Origin: Halalkalibacterium halodurans
Lineage (GTDB): Bacteria; Bacillota; Bacilli; Bacillales; Bacillaceae_D
Assembly (NCBI RefSeq): GCF_004376175.1
Contig: NZ_SNUY01000051.1
Coordinates: forward strand, 11,511-30,154
Length of the DNA stretch: 18,644 nt
Reading direction: 5' to 3'
Part shown: piece after piece, positions 1-8,506 of the stretch
Position numbering within the stretch: position 1 is the first letter of the stretch
Layout of the letters: each line of letters opens with the position of its first letter
Program-made: the position numbers and the translations under genes
The notes under the pieces: model-generated
Databases searched by the model: none
Told to the model about the DNA's origin: nothing
What the model saw: only the letters and a program-made list of their open reading frames with translations

Positions 1-322
1 CTTTCCTAAAGCCGCCTAGTCAATTTTTAAAAAAATAATGGCAATAGGTTTCTTTGTCATGCACATTTTTGAAAATACAATGAAAATAATGAGTGTGCAG
101 GCCATTCCAATCCAATTTCCAGTAATTTTGGTTCATTTGACCCGGAAAATTGTTATTTATTCCGAGACTCTATTTTTCCTTTCTCCATTATCTATCAGCC
201 TTGAAGCGAATCCTATCCCTAGAAGTTGGGGGTACTAAAAGAATTAAATCTCACACGCAAAAACTTTAATGCTGCACGGTTTCTTAAAAAATCAAAAATC
301 CCTTTTCTATCGTTTAACATTT

Positions 323-352
323 TTGGCTCCGTCCTCTCAATTCTAGTATAAT
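323..352 (+). promoter_or_regulatory. Putative sigmaA-type promoter of the PBP gene
   Basis: -35-like TTGGCT (323-328), 18-nt spacer and a perfect -10 TATAAT (347-352), about 55 nt upstream of the preferred start at 410. This is a pattern match only. Confidence 0.4.
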
Positions 353-409
353 GGGAAATAAAGCCTAGCTTTTAGCTTGATAACGTAACACATGCGAAAG
401 GGGATGACA

Positions 410-2428
410 ATGAAACAAGCAAATTGGTTTTTTGCAACGATCTTACTAACATTACTTTACCTTTCCGGATGTGCTCAAAATGAGCCAAGTCCAGAAGAAG
501 CATTTACTACATTTGCTGACCATTGGAAAAATGAAGACTACGGGCAAATGTATCATATGCTTAGTGAACAAGTGAAAGAGGAGTTATCAGAAGAGACATT
601 CGTTGAGCGCTATGAAACGATCTATGGCGGAATTTCAGCCAACAACCTTGTGATTGAAATGATCATTGATGAAAATGAGGAAGAAGCTGCTACCGATGAA
701 TCGAGTGATGAGCTGACGGCGGAGATCGACTACCGTTTTTCGCTAGACACCTTTGCCGGAACGATAACGGAAGAGCGAATGACAGCATCGCTTACATATG
801 TGGAGGACGAGGAAGAGCCGTTTTGGTCGATCGAATGGGAACCTTCAATGATTCTTCCTTCGCTTGAAGAAGGAGACACGGTTCACTATGAAACGTTGGC
901 ACCGGCACGGGGAGAAATCGTCGACCGTAACGGTGTCGAACTGGCGATCAACGGTGTTGCCTATGAAATCGGTCTTGTCCCAGAGCGTATTGAAGATCAC
1001 GACGATACGTTTGCACGCGTGAGTGAGGATCTTGGTGTAAGTGAAGAGCGACTTGACGAATTGTTAAATCAATCTTGGGTACAGGATGACACATTTGTTC
1101 CAGTGCGCACCATTTCAAGTAGTGATACTTCCTTTCGCGATGCCCTGATGGACATCCCAGGTGTAACCTATCGGGAAATTGGAGCGAGGGAGTATCCATT
1201 TGCTGAAAGCTTTGCCCATTTAATTGGATACGTCGGGGCGATCACAGCAGAAGAATTAGAAGAACGGAAAGAGGAAGGCTATCATGCACAATCCACCATC
1301 GGGAAAACAGGGCTCGAAAGCATTCTCGAACCACGGTTGCGAGGAGAAACGGGCGGACGCATTTTTATCCGTACAGCCGATGGGGAGCTGAAAGAGACCC
1401 TTTTAGAAAAAGAAGCAGTTGATGGGGAGACGGTTCAGCTGACGATCGATGCCGACGTCCAGCGCTCGATCTATGATTCGCTGGCGGACGAAGGGGGCTT
1501 AGGTGTTAGCTTGCATCCAACGTCTGGTGAAGTTCTTGCCCTTGTGAGCTCACCCTCTTATGATCCAAACGAATTTGTCGTCGGAATTACGTCGACCCGT
1601 TACGAAGAGCTGCAAGAGGATGAACGAAATCCACTACTGAATCGCTTTACGAAGCGATTTACACCAGGGTCTTCCATAAAGCCGATTACGGCAGCGATTG
1701 CCCTTGAACACGGTCTTGATCCCACTGAGGGCCGAACGATCACGGGAGACCGCTGGCAGCCAGATGATGATTCTTGGGGCAATTATACGGTCAAACGTGT
1801 AAACGTCACCGATGGCCCAGTTGATTTGCGGGATGCCCTTATTTATTCAGATAATATTTATTTTGCCCAAATCGCATTAGAGATCGGGGCTGATGTACTG
1901 ACAGAAGGCTTTGAAGCATTCGGGTTCGGGGAGGACATTCCTTTCGCTTATGGCATGCCTGCCTCTTCCCTTGCCAATGACGGATTGGACTCTAGTGTTC
2001 TGCTCGCGAACACGGCCTACGGACAAGGGGAAATGCTCGTCACCCCCCTCCATCTTTCCCTAATGTATGCAAGTATTATGAACAACGGTACTATACCTAT
2101 CCCATTGTTACTTGCAGGCGATGAACCTGACATGTGGAAAGAGAACCTCATAAGTGAAGAACATGCCAAGCTTCTTTTAGATGACTTAAAGGAAGTCGTT
2201 CGAGATTCAAGTGGAACTGGGCATGGAGCCTATATGGACGATCTCCCGTTAGCCGGTAAAACAGGAACGACAGAATATAAAGAAAGTCAAGAAGAGGAAG
2301 GCAAAGAAGATGGATGGTTTGTGGCGATGGATGAAGACATGCTCGTTCTTATGATGATAGAAGACGTTGAAGATCGCGGGGGCAGTAAATATGTTGTTCC
2401 TAAAGTGCGTTCGGTTTTTGAAGACTAA
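410..2428 (+). CDS. pbpC: Class B penicillin-binding protein, PBP3/PbpC (PBP2a-like) lipoprotein with an N-terminal NTF2-like MecA_N domain and a transpeptidase domain
   Basis: The ORF track gives 392..2428. I prefer ATG 410 because GAAAGGGG (396-403) lies 6 nt upstream; ATG 392 and 404 are alternatives. The N-terminus MKQANWFFATILLTLLYLSGC is a signal peptide with a lipobox (LSGC). The transpeptidase motifs are present: GSSIKP (SxxK), YSDN (SxN) and AGKTGT (KTG). Blocks such as SDNIYFAQ, SPSYDPN and DRGGSKYVV are colinear with B. subtilis PbpC as I recall it. Confidence 0.9.
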   Translation: MKQANWFFATILLTLLYLSGCAQNEPSPEEAFTTFADHWKNEDYGQMYHMLSEQVKEELSEETFVERYETIYGGISANNLVIEMIIDENEEEAATDESSDELTAEIDYRFSLDTFAGTITEERMTASLTYVEDEEEPFWSIEWEPSMILPSLEEGDTVHYETLAPARGEIVDRNGVELAINGVAYEIGLVPERIEDHDDTFARVSEDLGVSEERLDELLNQSWVQDDTFVPVRTISSSDTSFRDALMDIPGVTYREIGAREYPFAESFAHLIGYVGAITAEELEERKEEGYHAQSTIGKTGLESILEPRLRGETGGRIFIRTADGELKETLLEKEAVDGETVQLTIDADVQRSIYDSLADEGGLGVSLHPTSGEVLALVSSPSYDPNEFVVGITSTRYEELQEDERNPLLNRFTKRFTPGSSIKPITAAIALEHGLDPTEGRTITGDRWQPDDDSWGNYTVKRVNVTDGPVDLRDALIYSDNIYFAQIALEIGADVLTEGFEAFGFGEDIPFAYGMPASSLANDGLDSSVLLANTAYGQGEMLVTPLHLSLMYASIMNNGTIPIPLLLAGDEPDMWKENLISEEHAKLLLDDLKEVVRDSSGTGHGAYMDDLPLAGKTGTTEYKESQEEEGKEDGWFVAMDEDMLVLMMIEDVEDRGGSKYVVPKVRSVFED

Positions 2429-2431
2429 AAA

Positions 2432-2452
2432 AGAGTGCGGGATTCGCACTCT
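2432..2452 (-). terminator. Perfect 8-bp hairpin, probably a second (tandem) terminator for the minus-strand TRAP operon
   Basis: AGAGTGCG (2432-2439) pairs with CGCACTCT (2445-2452) around a 5-nt loop. The A-run at 2427-2431 becomes a U-run after the hairpin on the minus-strand transcript. There is no T-run after it on the plus strand. Confidence 0.4.
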
Positions 2453-2481
2453 CAGGCTAGAAAGCATGGAAAACAATCTCC

Positions 2482-2527
2482 AAAAAAAGGTTCCAATCAT
2501 CAAAAACAGATGATCGGAACCTTTATA
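2482..2527. terminator. Intrinsic terminator between the convergent PBP gene and TRAP dctP-like gene
   Basis: A 13-bp stem: GGTTCCAATCATC (2489-2501) pairs with GATGATCGGAACC (2509-2521). It is flanked by an A7 run (2482-2488) and TTTATAATTT. The single mismatch is A.C on the plus strand but U.G on the minus strand, which favours function for the minus-strand operon. It is still usable from the plus side. Confidence 0.65.
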
Positions 2528-2557
2528 ATTTGTTTGGCTAGTTCTGTCCTCGCCTTT

Positions 2558-3619
2558 TTATTCTTGATATTCAGCGATTTCCTCTACGAGAAGATCAAAC
2601 ATTTCTCGACCTTCGTCCCCAACAATTTCATCACGGAAAAATTGATGGATCGGCTCTTGAATTTCACGGAAAGCTGCTCGCTCTTCTTCCGTTAATTCGT
2701 AAACCTCGGTCGGGTTCGCCTCATCATTTTTGATCTCATCTAGTAAATCGGCATTCAACTGTTGTTGGATTTCAAAGCCGCGCGGACGCATTTCATCAAT
2801 GGTTTCGTGAATTGCTGCTTGAATATCTTCCGGTAAGCTTTCATATAAGTCGTTATTTACCGTCACCATCGCCACATACGTATTGTGATTGGAGATCGTC
2901 ATATGATCTTGCACTTCATGGAATGAAGCGTCTTGAATAAAGAAAATTGGATTTTCCTGTCCGTCAACCACGCTCCGGTCCAGGGATGTATACAGCTCAC
3001 TCCAGCTAAGCGCCTGTGGATCTGCGCCATAAGCACCGTACGTTTGTAGCATGAGCGGTGACTCTTGGGTGCGCATCTTAAATCCATTGAAATCATCTGG
3101 TGAGCGGAGCGGTGAATTTCCTGTCCACTGCATTGCCCCTTCCGACATAAAGGCTAACGGTTTAATGTTTTGCGCTTCATAGAAGGCCGCTAATTTTTCA
3201 TTTAGTGCTACACTTTCATTCAAAATTTGCTGGGTGACCTCTTGATCATCTGGGAAGAAAAATTGCAAAGAAAACACTTGTCCTTCAGGTACAAGTCCTC
3301 CTGTAAACCCTGGAGAAATAATGCCAAACTCAAGGATGCCTTGTTGAAGCTGTTCGACCTGATCAACTTCACTTCCGAGAGATCCGAAGTCACGAACGTT
3401 CATCGATACACGTCCATCCGTCTTTTCTTCCAAAAGCTCTGCGAACTCGACGGCGTACTCATACTGTACTTGGCCTGGTGTTTCCTCCGTGACAAACTGC
3501 CAACTGTACTCCTCTTCCCCATTGGCAGATCCTGTCTCTTCACTTCCACAAGCCGTAAGTGCCATGGCTAGTGCTCCCGTTACTGCAAGAGCCTTCCACG
3601 GTTTTGTTTTAAAAAACAT
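2558..3619 (-). CDS. TRAP transporter substrate-binding protein (DctP family), lipoprotein
   Basis: 353-aa ORF. The N-terminus MFFKTKPWKALAVTGALAMALTACGS has a lipobox (LTAC). There is DctP-family similarity along the full length, including the conserved carboxylate-binding Arg context (GFKMRTQESP). RBS GGGGG lies 6 nt upstream of the ATG. It is the last gene of a Q-M-P operon. Confidence 0.88.
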   Translation of the reverse strand: MFFKTKPWKALAVTGALAMALTACGSEETGSANGEEEYSWQFVTEETPGQVQYEYAVEFAELLEEKTDGRVSMNVRDFGSLGSEVDQVEQLQQGILEFGIISPGFTGGLVPEGQVFSLQFFFPDDQEVTQQILNESVALNEKLAAFYEAQNIKPLAFMSEGAMQWTGNSPLRSPDDFNGFKMRTQESPLMLQTYGAYGADPQALSWSELYTSLDRSVVDGQENPIFFIQDASFHEVQDHMTISNHNTYVAMVTVNNDLYESLPEDIQAAIHETIDEMRPRGFEIQQQLNADLLDEIKNDEANPTEVYELTEEERAAFREIQEPIHQFFRDEIVGDEGREMFDLLVEEIAEYQE

Positions 3620-3667
3620 CTAATACCCCCTATACTTTTTTGAAACATCTATTGTTTTAAGGATTCC

Positions 3668-4936
3668 TTACAACAAAAATAAGGAAATCTCCTCAAACAC
3701 GATAATTAATATTGAAGCAATAATCAGCATCACAATATACGGTGGTGTTCCCCGAATAACGTCTAAGTACGATTTATTAAACACCGCGCTTGCAGTAAAA
3801 ATATCAACTCCAAATGGTGGTGTCGCAGAGCCGAGCGCCGCTTGGAAAACGATGACGACCCCTAAGTGAATTGGATCGACCCCTGCTTGCATAGCCACCG
3901 GATAAAAAATCGGTGTCAATATTAAGATGACGACGATGGGATCGACAAACATACAACCGATAAAGAAAAACAGGGCAACAATCAACAGAACATACAAGGC
4001 TGATGGGTCATTGCTGAAGACAACGTCCGTGAACGTGCGCGGAATGTCAGCAAAGGAAATGAGCCAAGAGAACGCTTGACCTGCGGCGACAAGAATAAAA
4101 ACAGCCGCCGTCACAAGTCCTGTCGATAGAGCGATGCTCGGGATTTCTTTTAGTTTAATCGAGCGATAAATTATAACCTCAAGAATTAGTGCATAGAGCA
4201 CGGATATCCCAGCCGCTTCAGTTGGGCTAAAGATCCCCGCATAAATACCTCCGATAATAATGATCGGAAATCCGAGGGGTAACAGCGCTTTTGCCGTTGC
4301 CCGTCCTCGTGCTGCCCACGAAAACCGTTCGGCAAGGGGAATGTTATTCTTTTTCGCATGGTAGTAACTATACGCAGCAAACATGAACATGACGAGAAAC
4401 CCTGGACCAATGCCGGCAATAAACAAGTCACCAACCGATACGTTAGGTGCTGCAAGTCCATAGATAATCATGCCGATGCTCGGTGGAATGAGTAAGGCAA
4501 CGTCACTAGCATTTATGATTAGCGCAATCGCTTTTGAATCTTTATAACCTAATGATAAGAGCCGCTCCCGCATCGGTTTCCCGATGGCAACAACCGTCGC
4601 CTGCGTCGAACCAGAAATGGACCCGAACAGGGCGCAAGTAATCGCGGTCGTCACCGCATAGCCCCCGCGGATATGACCGACGAAAGCTCCAACAAAGTCT
4701 AATAGCCGTTTCGATGTTTTTCCTTTTGACATAATGTCAGCTGCAAAGATAAACAGCGGAACCGCTAATAGCACAAACGATGAGATCCCTTCCATCATTT
4801 GCTGGATCAAGATCATCGGATCCACGTGAGAAAAAAAGAGAAAGAGCACGATCGCCGAAGCTGCCAGCATAGGAATCATCATCGGGAAACCAAGCGCAAG
4901 TAAAACAAACATGATGACTAACATCACTGCAATCAT
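3668..4936 (-). CDS. TRAP transporter large permease subunit (DctM family)
   Basis: 422-aa polytopic membrane protein with typical DctM length and composition (for example GSISGSTQATVVAIG and FGVDIFTA blocks). RBS GAGGA lies upstream. It sits between the small-permease and SBP genes. Confidence 0.9.
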   Translation of the reverse strand: MIAVMLVIMFVLLALGFPMMIPMLAASAIVLFLFFSHVDPMILIQQMMEGISSFVLLAVPLFIFAADIMSKGKTSKRLLDFVGAFVGHIRGGYAVTTAITCALFGSISGSTQATVVAIGKPMRERLLSLGYKDSKAIALIINASDVALLIPPSIGMIIYGLAAPNVSVGDLFIAGIGPGFLVMFMFAAYSYYHAKKNNIPLAERFSWAARGRATAKALLPLGFPIIIIGGIYAGIFSPTEAAGISVLYALILEVIIYRSIKLKEIPSIALSTGLVTAAVFILVAAGQAFSWLISFADIPRTFTDVVFSNDPSALYVLLIVALFFFIGCMFVDPIVVILILTPIFYPVAMQAGVDPIHLGVVIVFQAALGSATPPFGVDIFTASAVFNKSYLDVIRGTPPYIVMLIIASILIIVFEEISLFLL

Positions 4937-5015
4937 TTTCGGTTCCTCACAGTCTTATGAATTTTTCGTTTTTTTTTCGTGAATGTTCCCCATCTCCTAT
5001 TAGGATACTTACTCT

Positions 5016-5543
5016 CTATGTATAATCCTTCCGATCCATTGCTAAATAGACATCCTTTTCCTTTATGTTGATCCACATGTTCCGTAAAAATTGAATCCCA
5101 CCAAGAGTGAAGCCAACAGGAATAAATACAGACATCAGGTAAGCTGGAACTTGTAATGCTGTCGTTACTCGGCTCGTATGATAAACCGATATCATATAGT
5201 GATAAGCAAAATAGGCGAAAGTGAACAGGATAATAGCCGTTAAGGCCGGAATAAAAATGGATAAGGCCTTGCGAATTTTAAATGGAGCTAGATCATAGAA
5301 AGCAGACATGCTTATGTGTCTCCCTTTCCGAGCGGCATAGCTGATTCCCATAAATGTTGCAATAATGACGGCAAACTGGCTCACTTCCTGATGAAACGAC
5401 CAGCTTGTGCCAAAAAACGTCCGACTTAGCACATTACCGACAATCATGACGGCAATCGTAATAATCGACCAGCTCAAAATGATCTCTTCTAGCTTCATAA
5501 TCGCGCGATCAAGCAATTTTAGTGAGCGAGAAACGAATGTCAC
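5016..5543 (-). CDS. TRAP transporter small permease subunit (DctQ family)
   Basis: 175-aa protein with 4 TM segments, typical of DctQ. GTG start at 5543 with GGAGGA 7 nt upstream. It is the first gene of the operon. Confidence 0.82.
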   Translation of the reverse strand: MTFVSRSLKLLDRAIMKLEEIILSWSIITIAVMIVGNVLSRTFFGTSWSFHQEVSQFAVIIATFMGISYAARKGRHISMSAFYDLAPFKIRKALSIFIPALTAIILFTFAYFAYHYMISVYHTSRVTTALQVPAYLMSVFIPVGFTLGGIQFLRNMWINIKEKDVYLAMDRKDYT

Positions 5544-5585
5544 AAGCGTTTCCTCCTTTCTATGAAGTTGTCAGTAAAAACTATA

Positions 5586-5614
5586 AAATTACAAAAAATA
5601 GACAATTTTATCAA
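5586..5614 (-). promoter_or_regulatory. Candidate promoter of the TRAP operon (weak call)
   Basis: On the minus strand: TTGATA (5614-5609), 17-nt spacer, TAATTT (5591-5586). A better -10-like TATAGT lies a few nt downstream but has poor spacing. Assignment is uncertain. Confidence 0.25.
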
Positions 5615-5818
5615 AAACCTCGTAAAATAATATGAGATCATACGGATATTAAAAGCATACTGGAAAAATACTGGCGCCTCAAACGGCATAATATTGGCTA
5701 ATAGTGGTTCAGCCCTCCTATTCTTATATGAGAAACTATCACATAACATTCCTAACGTTATCCTCGCAGATCGTCTCATATCCTCCTCAATCCGACGAAA
5801 TCGCTAGTGCATTTTCCG

Positions 5819-5853
5819 AAAAAAGAACCACCCCTCGTGTTGGAGGAGTGGTT
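5819..5853 (-). terminator. Intrinsic terminator after dhaQ
   Basis: An 11-bp stem: AACCACCCCTC (5826-5836) pairs with GAGGAGTGGTT (5843-5853). The one mismatch is C.A on the plus strand and G.U on the minus strand. On the minus strand it is followed by CUUUUUU. It starts 9 nt after the dhaQ stop codon. Confidence 0.75.
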
Positions 5854-5861
5854 AATAGAAA

Positions 5862-6857
5862 TTAGGCCCAGTGGGCAACATCAACTGGCGCGTACAGCCA
5901 TTTTACCCACTGCTCGTCACAGATTTTCAGCATAGTCAATGAAATACCTTTCATATTCAGGGAAGTCAGTTGAGTTCCTACCTTCACAAAGGAAACGTGT
6001 AAATTTTCAATCGCTAATAACCGGCGAACGTCATTAGCAAACACATATTGTTCAATTAACGGGGTGCCACCAAGGCCATTAATGAGAACTGCATATTGAT
6101 CATTTTTATCCCAGCGATAAAGACTCTTTAACTTATTCACTAGTTCGACGGCCAGCAGTTCAGACGACACAAGCTTTTCTTTCCGGTACCCTTGCTCACC
6201 GTGAATTCCAACCCCGAAGTACACTTCCCCCTCCTCCAACAGAAATTGGGGCTCACGTCTCTCCGGTAAATCTGCATGGGTGAGAGCCACACCTAAAGTG
6301 GCAAGATTTTTTACAACCTGTTCACCAATCTCTTGTAACGCTTCTAGTGAATAGCCTTCCTTGGCTGCAGCTCCGATAATTTTATGGACGAGAACGGCTC
6401 CTGCCACTCCACGCCTCCGTTTCTCAAAGGATGCATCGCTTTCCACGGATACATCGTCGTTTACGATCACATGCGCAACATCTCTTCCCTCGGCTCGGGC
6501 TTGAACTTCTGCTGACAAAAACGTCGCTAAATCTGCAACAAAATTTTTGATAATCAACAGAACACCTTTCCCTTGATCCATTTGACGAATCGCAGCGAGA
6601 ACTTGTTGAGCTGACGGCGGAACGAACACGTCTCCTTGAACAGCGGCCGCAAGCATCCCTTCCCCTACATACCCTAAATGTCCAGGTTCGTGTCCGCTAC
6701 CGCCTCCACTGATAATTGGCACACTTTTGGGATCGAAGGTTTTTTGATAGATGACGCGATGCAACGGATCGTACTCGACTTTGTCCGCTCGAGCAAAAGC
6801 AAAGCCCTGAAGCATTTGATCAACGATCTTTTCTGGTCCGTTCATGATTTTTTTCAT
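5862..6857 (-). CDS. dhaQ: DhaK paralog, DhaQ-type coactivator of the dha operon
   Basis: 331 aa with a full Dak1 domain. It carries GGGSGHEPGH and the hemiaminal-His motif GVGIHGEQGYRKEK. It is a second, diverged copy of the DhaK at 8507-9499. Its start overlaps the TetR gene stop (ATGA at 6854-6857), so the two are translationally coupled as expected for a DhaS/DhaQ pair. Confidence 0.8.
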   Translation of the reverse strand: MKKIMNGPEKIVDQMLQGFAFARADKVEYDPLHRVIYQKTFDPKSVPIISGGGSGHEPGHLGYVGEGMLAAAVQGDVFVPPSAQQVLAAIRQMDQGKGVLLIIKNFVADLATFLSAEVQARAEGRDVAHVIVNDDVSVESDASFEKRRRGVAGAVLVHKIIGAAAKEGYSLEALQEIGEQVVKNLATLGVALTHADLPERREPQFLLEEGEVYFGVGIHGEQGYRKEKLVSSELLAVELVNKLKSLYRWDKNDQYAVLINGLGGTPLIEQYVFANDVRRLLAIENLHVSFVKVGTQLTSLNMKGISLTMLKICDEQWVKWLYAPVDVAHWA

Positions 6858-7414
6858 GATTCCTCACCTGAGCTTTCTGACTCTTGTTGAATCGACCATT
6901 GCCATGGTTTGTGTATCAAATGATACAAATGGTCAGCGATCACATCTGGTTCTTGTGGGCAGTGTGCTTGTAGCCATTGATGAATTATACCGACAACACC
7001 ATAGCTATAAAACGACGAAATAAATTCGCGATCTTTTTGCGAAAGTCTATCGATTTCATTGAGATAAAGGGTTTGGATATGTTCGTACAAATAGTCGGAA
7101 AACCCATTTTGCCCGTTCACGTCCATCGCCCTTTGATAAAATGTTTGGTTTTCATAAAAGTAATGCAGCAGATGGCGAAAAATGGTTTGGATATCATCAT
7201 AGGCTAAAAAATCAATACTGTGTTCTTTCGTCTCTTGCTTATAAATCCAGTGTAAAAGTTCAAATTTATCTTGGAAATGATAGTAGAACGTTTGCCTTCG
7301 CATGTTAGCACGGCTCATAATATCACTGACCGAGATTTTTGAAAACGGCTGTACTTCCATCAAATCTTTGAACGCTTTGGCAATCACTTTTTTCGTAATG
7401 ATCGAATTTGTCAT
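6854..7414 (-). CDS. dhaS: TetR-family dihydroxyacetone kinase operon transcriptional activator DhaS
   Basis: 186 aa. The N-terminal TetR HTH carries the DhaS-subfamily signature as I recall it (ITKKVIAKAFKDLM...ISVSDIMSRANMRRQTFYYHFQDKFELLHWIY). RBS AGGAG lies 7 nt upstream. It is coupled to dhaQ. Confidence 0.85.
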   Translation of the reverse strand: MTNSIITKKVIAKAFKDLMEVQPFSKISVSDIMSRANMRRQTFYYHFQDKFELLHWIYKQETKEHSIDFLAYDDIQTIFRHLLHYFYENQTFYQRAMDVNGQNGFSDYLYEHIQTLYLNEIDRLSQKDREFISSFYSYGVVGIIHQWLQAHCPQEPDVIADHLYHLIHKPWQWSIQQESESSGEES

Positions 7415-7463
7415 GCCGTTGCTCCTTTAGCTCACCGAAACGTAAAAATCGGAAATGGATAAT

Positions 7464-7486
7464 GGGCACGATGAAGCACCGTGCCC
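7464..7486 (-). terminator. GC-rich hairpin between dhaM and dhaS (partial terminator, attenuator or processing site)
   Basis: GGGCACG (7464-7470) pairs with CGTGCCC (7480-7486) around a 9-nt loop. On the minus strand it is followed by AUUAUCCAUUUCCGAUUUUU, so the U-run is not adjacent. I found no convincing dhaS promoter in the remaining 50 nt, so read-through from dhaKLM is plausible. Confidence 0.35.
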
Positions 7487-7515
7487 GTAAAATGATGAGT
7501 TACTGCCTGAAAGAT

Positions 7516-7902
7516 TCAGCCACGTGATTTGATCGTAAGCGGCTGTAGTTGCTCCGTGATGGTCTCAAAAGAAGCACCACCTTGCGTAAGAGCAGCGGCC
7601 GTATAAGCGCCTTCTACAAGGGCCACATCCATGAGATGAATCGTCTTTTCGCTTAGCTCAATCACCATCTCGACATTCATTTTTGCACTACCTAAATCAT
7701 AAAACACAAACAGTTCATCAGCCTCGTTGTCCATGACCGCCTGCTGAATTTTCTCAAAGCTGGCTCCCACCTGATCGTCGTCCGTTCCACCCGCATAAGT
7801 GATGGACACATCCTTGGCCACCTCTTTTAATAGCGTGACGATTCCTTCCGCTAATGCAGGAACGTGGGAGGAGATGACAATGCCAAACGGCTTTGTTGTC
7901 AT
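7516..7902 (-). CDS. dhaM: PTS-dependent dihydroxyacetone kinase phosphotransferase subunit DhaM (EIIA-Man-like single domain)
   Basis: 128 aa. The N-terminus FGIVISSHVPALAEG carries the phospho-His motif. Its start overlaps the dhaL stop (ATGA at 7899-7902). Confidence 0.85.
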   Translation of the reverse strand: MTTKPFGIVISSHVPALAEGIVTLLKEVAKDVSITYAGGTDDDQVGASFEKIQQAVMDNEADELFVFYDLGSAKMNVEMVIELSEKTIHLMDVALVEGAYTAAALTQGGASFETITEQLQPLTIKSRG

Positions 7903-8489
7903 GACAGAATCCCTCCATCGATCATCGCTTCAAACAAATACCCGCTCGATACAGCTCCAGGATCAAGATGACCGAGAGAACGTTCACCTAGATAGGAGGC
8001 ACGACCTTTTGTCGCTTTCATCTCTTTCGTTTCGCTCACAAATTGGTGAATCCTCTCTTTGCTTAGCTGCTGCTCCGCCATGAGGCTTTCAACTACTGGC
8101 TTCCATACGTCTACCATCGTTTTTTCCCCCGTTGTCGCCTTGCCCCTCTTTAAAATTCCGTTTAATCCTGCTTCGACTGTCTTACCAATATGATCGGGAT
8201 CGATCGCCACTTGCTTTGACATTTCTAACAACGCTGTCCCGTAGAGCGGGCCTGAAGCACCACCCGTTTTACTAATGAGCGCCATTGCTGCCATCTTCAG
8301 CACTTCCTGTGGAGATTCAAAAGAATTCTCCTTTAGCTTTCGCTCGACTTCTGCTAGCCCACGAGCCATGTTTGTCCCATGGTCCCCATCTCCGATCGCG
8401 CTGTCTAATTCACTTAAATACGATTGATTCGCCTGAACCTTTTCGTGAAAAGCATGTAGCCATTTCGTTGTATTTTCCACTGTAAACAT
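7899..8489 (-). CDS. dhaL: Dihydroxyacetone kinase ADP-binding subunit DhaL
   Basis: 196 aa with a Dak2 domain. It has the nucleotide/Mg motif LDSAIGDGDHGTNM and GASGPLYG. RBS GGAGGT lies upstream. Confidence 0.9.
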   Translation of the reverse strand: MFTVENTTKWLHAFHEKVQANQSYLSELDSAIGDGDHGTNMARGLAEVERKLKENSFESPQEVLKMAAMALISKTGGASGPLYGTALLEMSKQVAIDPDHIGKTVEAGLNGILKRGKATTGEKTMVDVWKPVVESLMAEQQLSKERIHQFVSETKEMKATKGRASYLGERSLGHLDPGAVSSGYLFEAMIDGGILS

Positions 8490-8506
8490 CCCAGCCTACC
8501 TCCTCT

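Noticed and set aside
20-136. Hand-found 38-aa minus-strand ORF rich in His and Cys (MNQNYWKLDWNGLHTHYFHCIFKNVHDKETYCHYFFKN), antisense to ORF 38..238
   Set aside because: There is no SD upstream (the sequence is ...TTTTCCGGGTCAA-ATG) and no promoter that I could find. The His/Tyr/Phe richness is what AT-rich noncoding DNA yields. Evidence is insufficient to call a gene.
38-238. 66-aa plus-strand ORF in the region upstream of the PBP gene
   Set aside because: It has no Shine-Dalgarno sequence, its composition is AT-rich and of low information, and I recognise no motifs. It lies in what looks like a roughly 390-bp intergenic and promoter region, so it is most likely a chance ORF.
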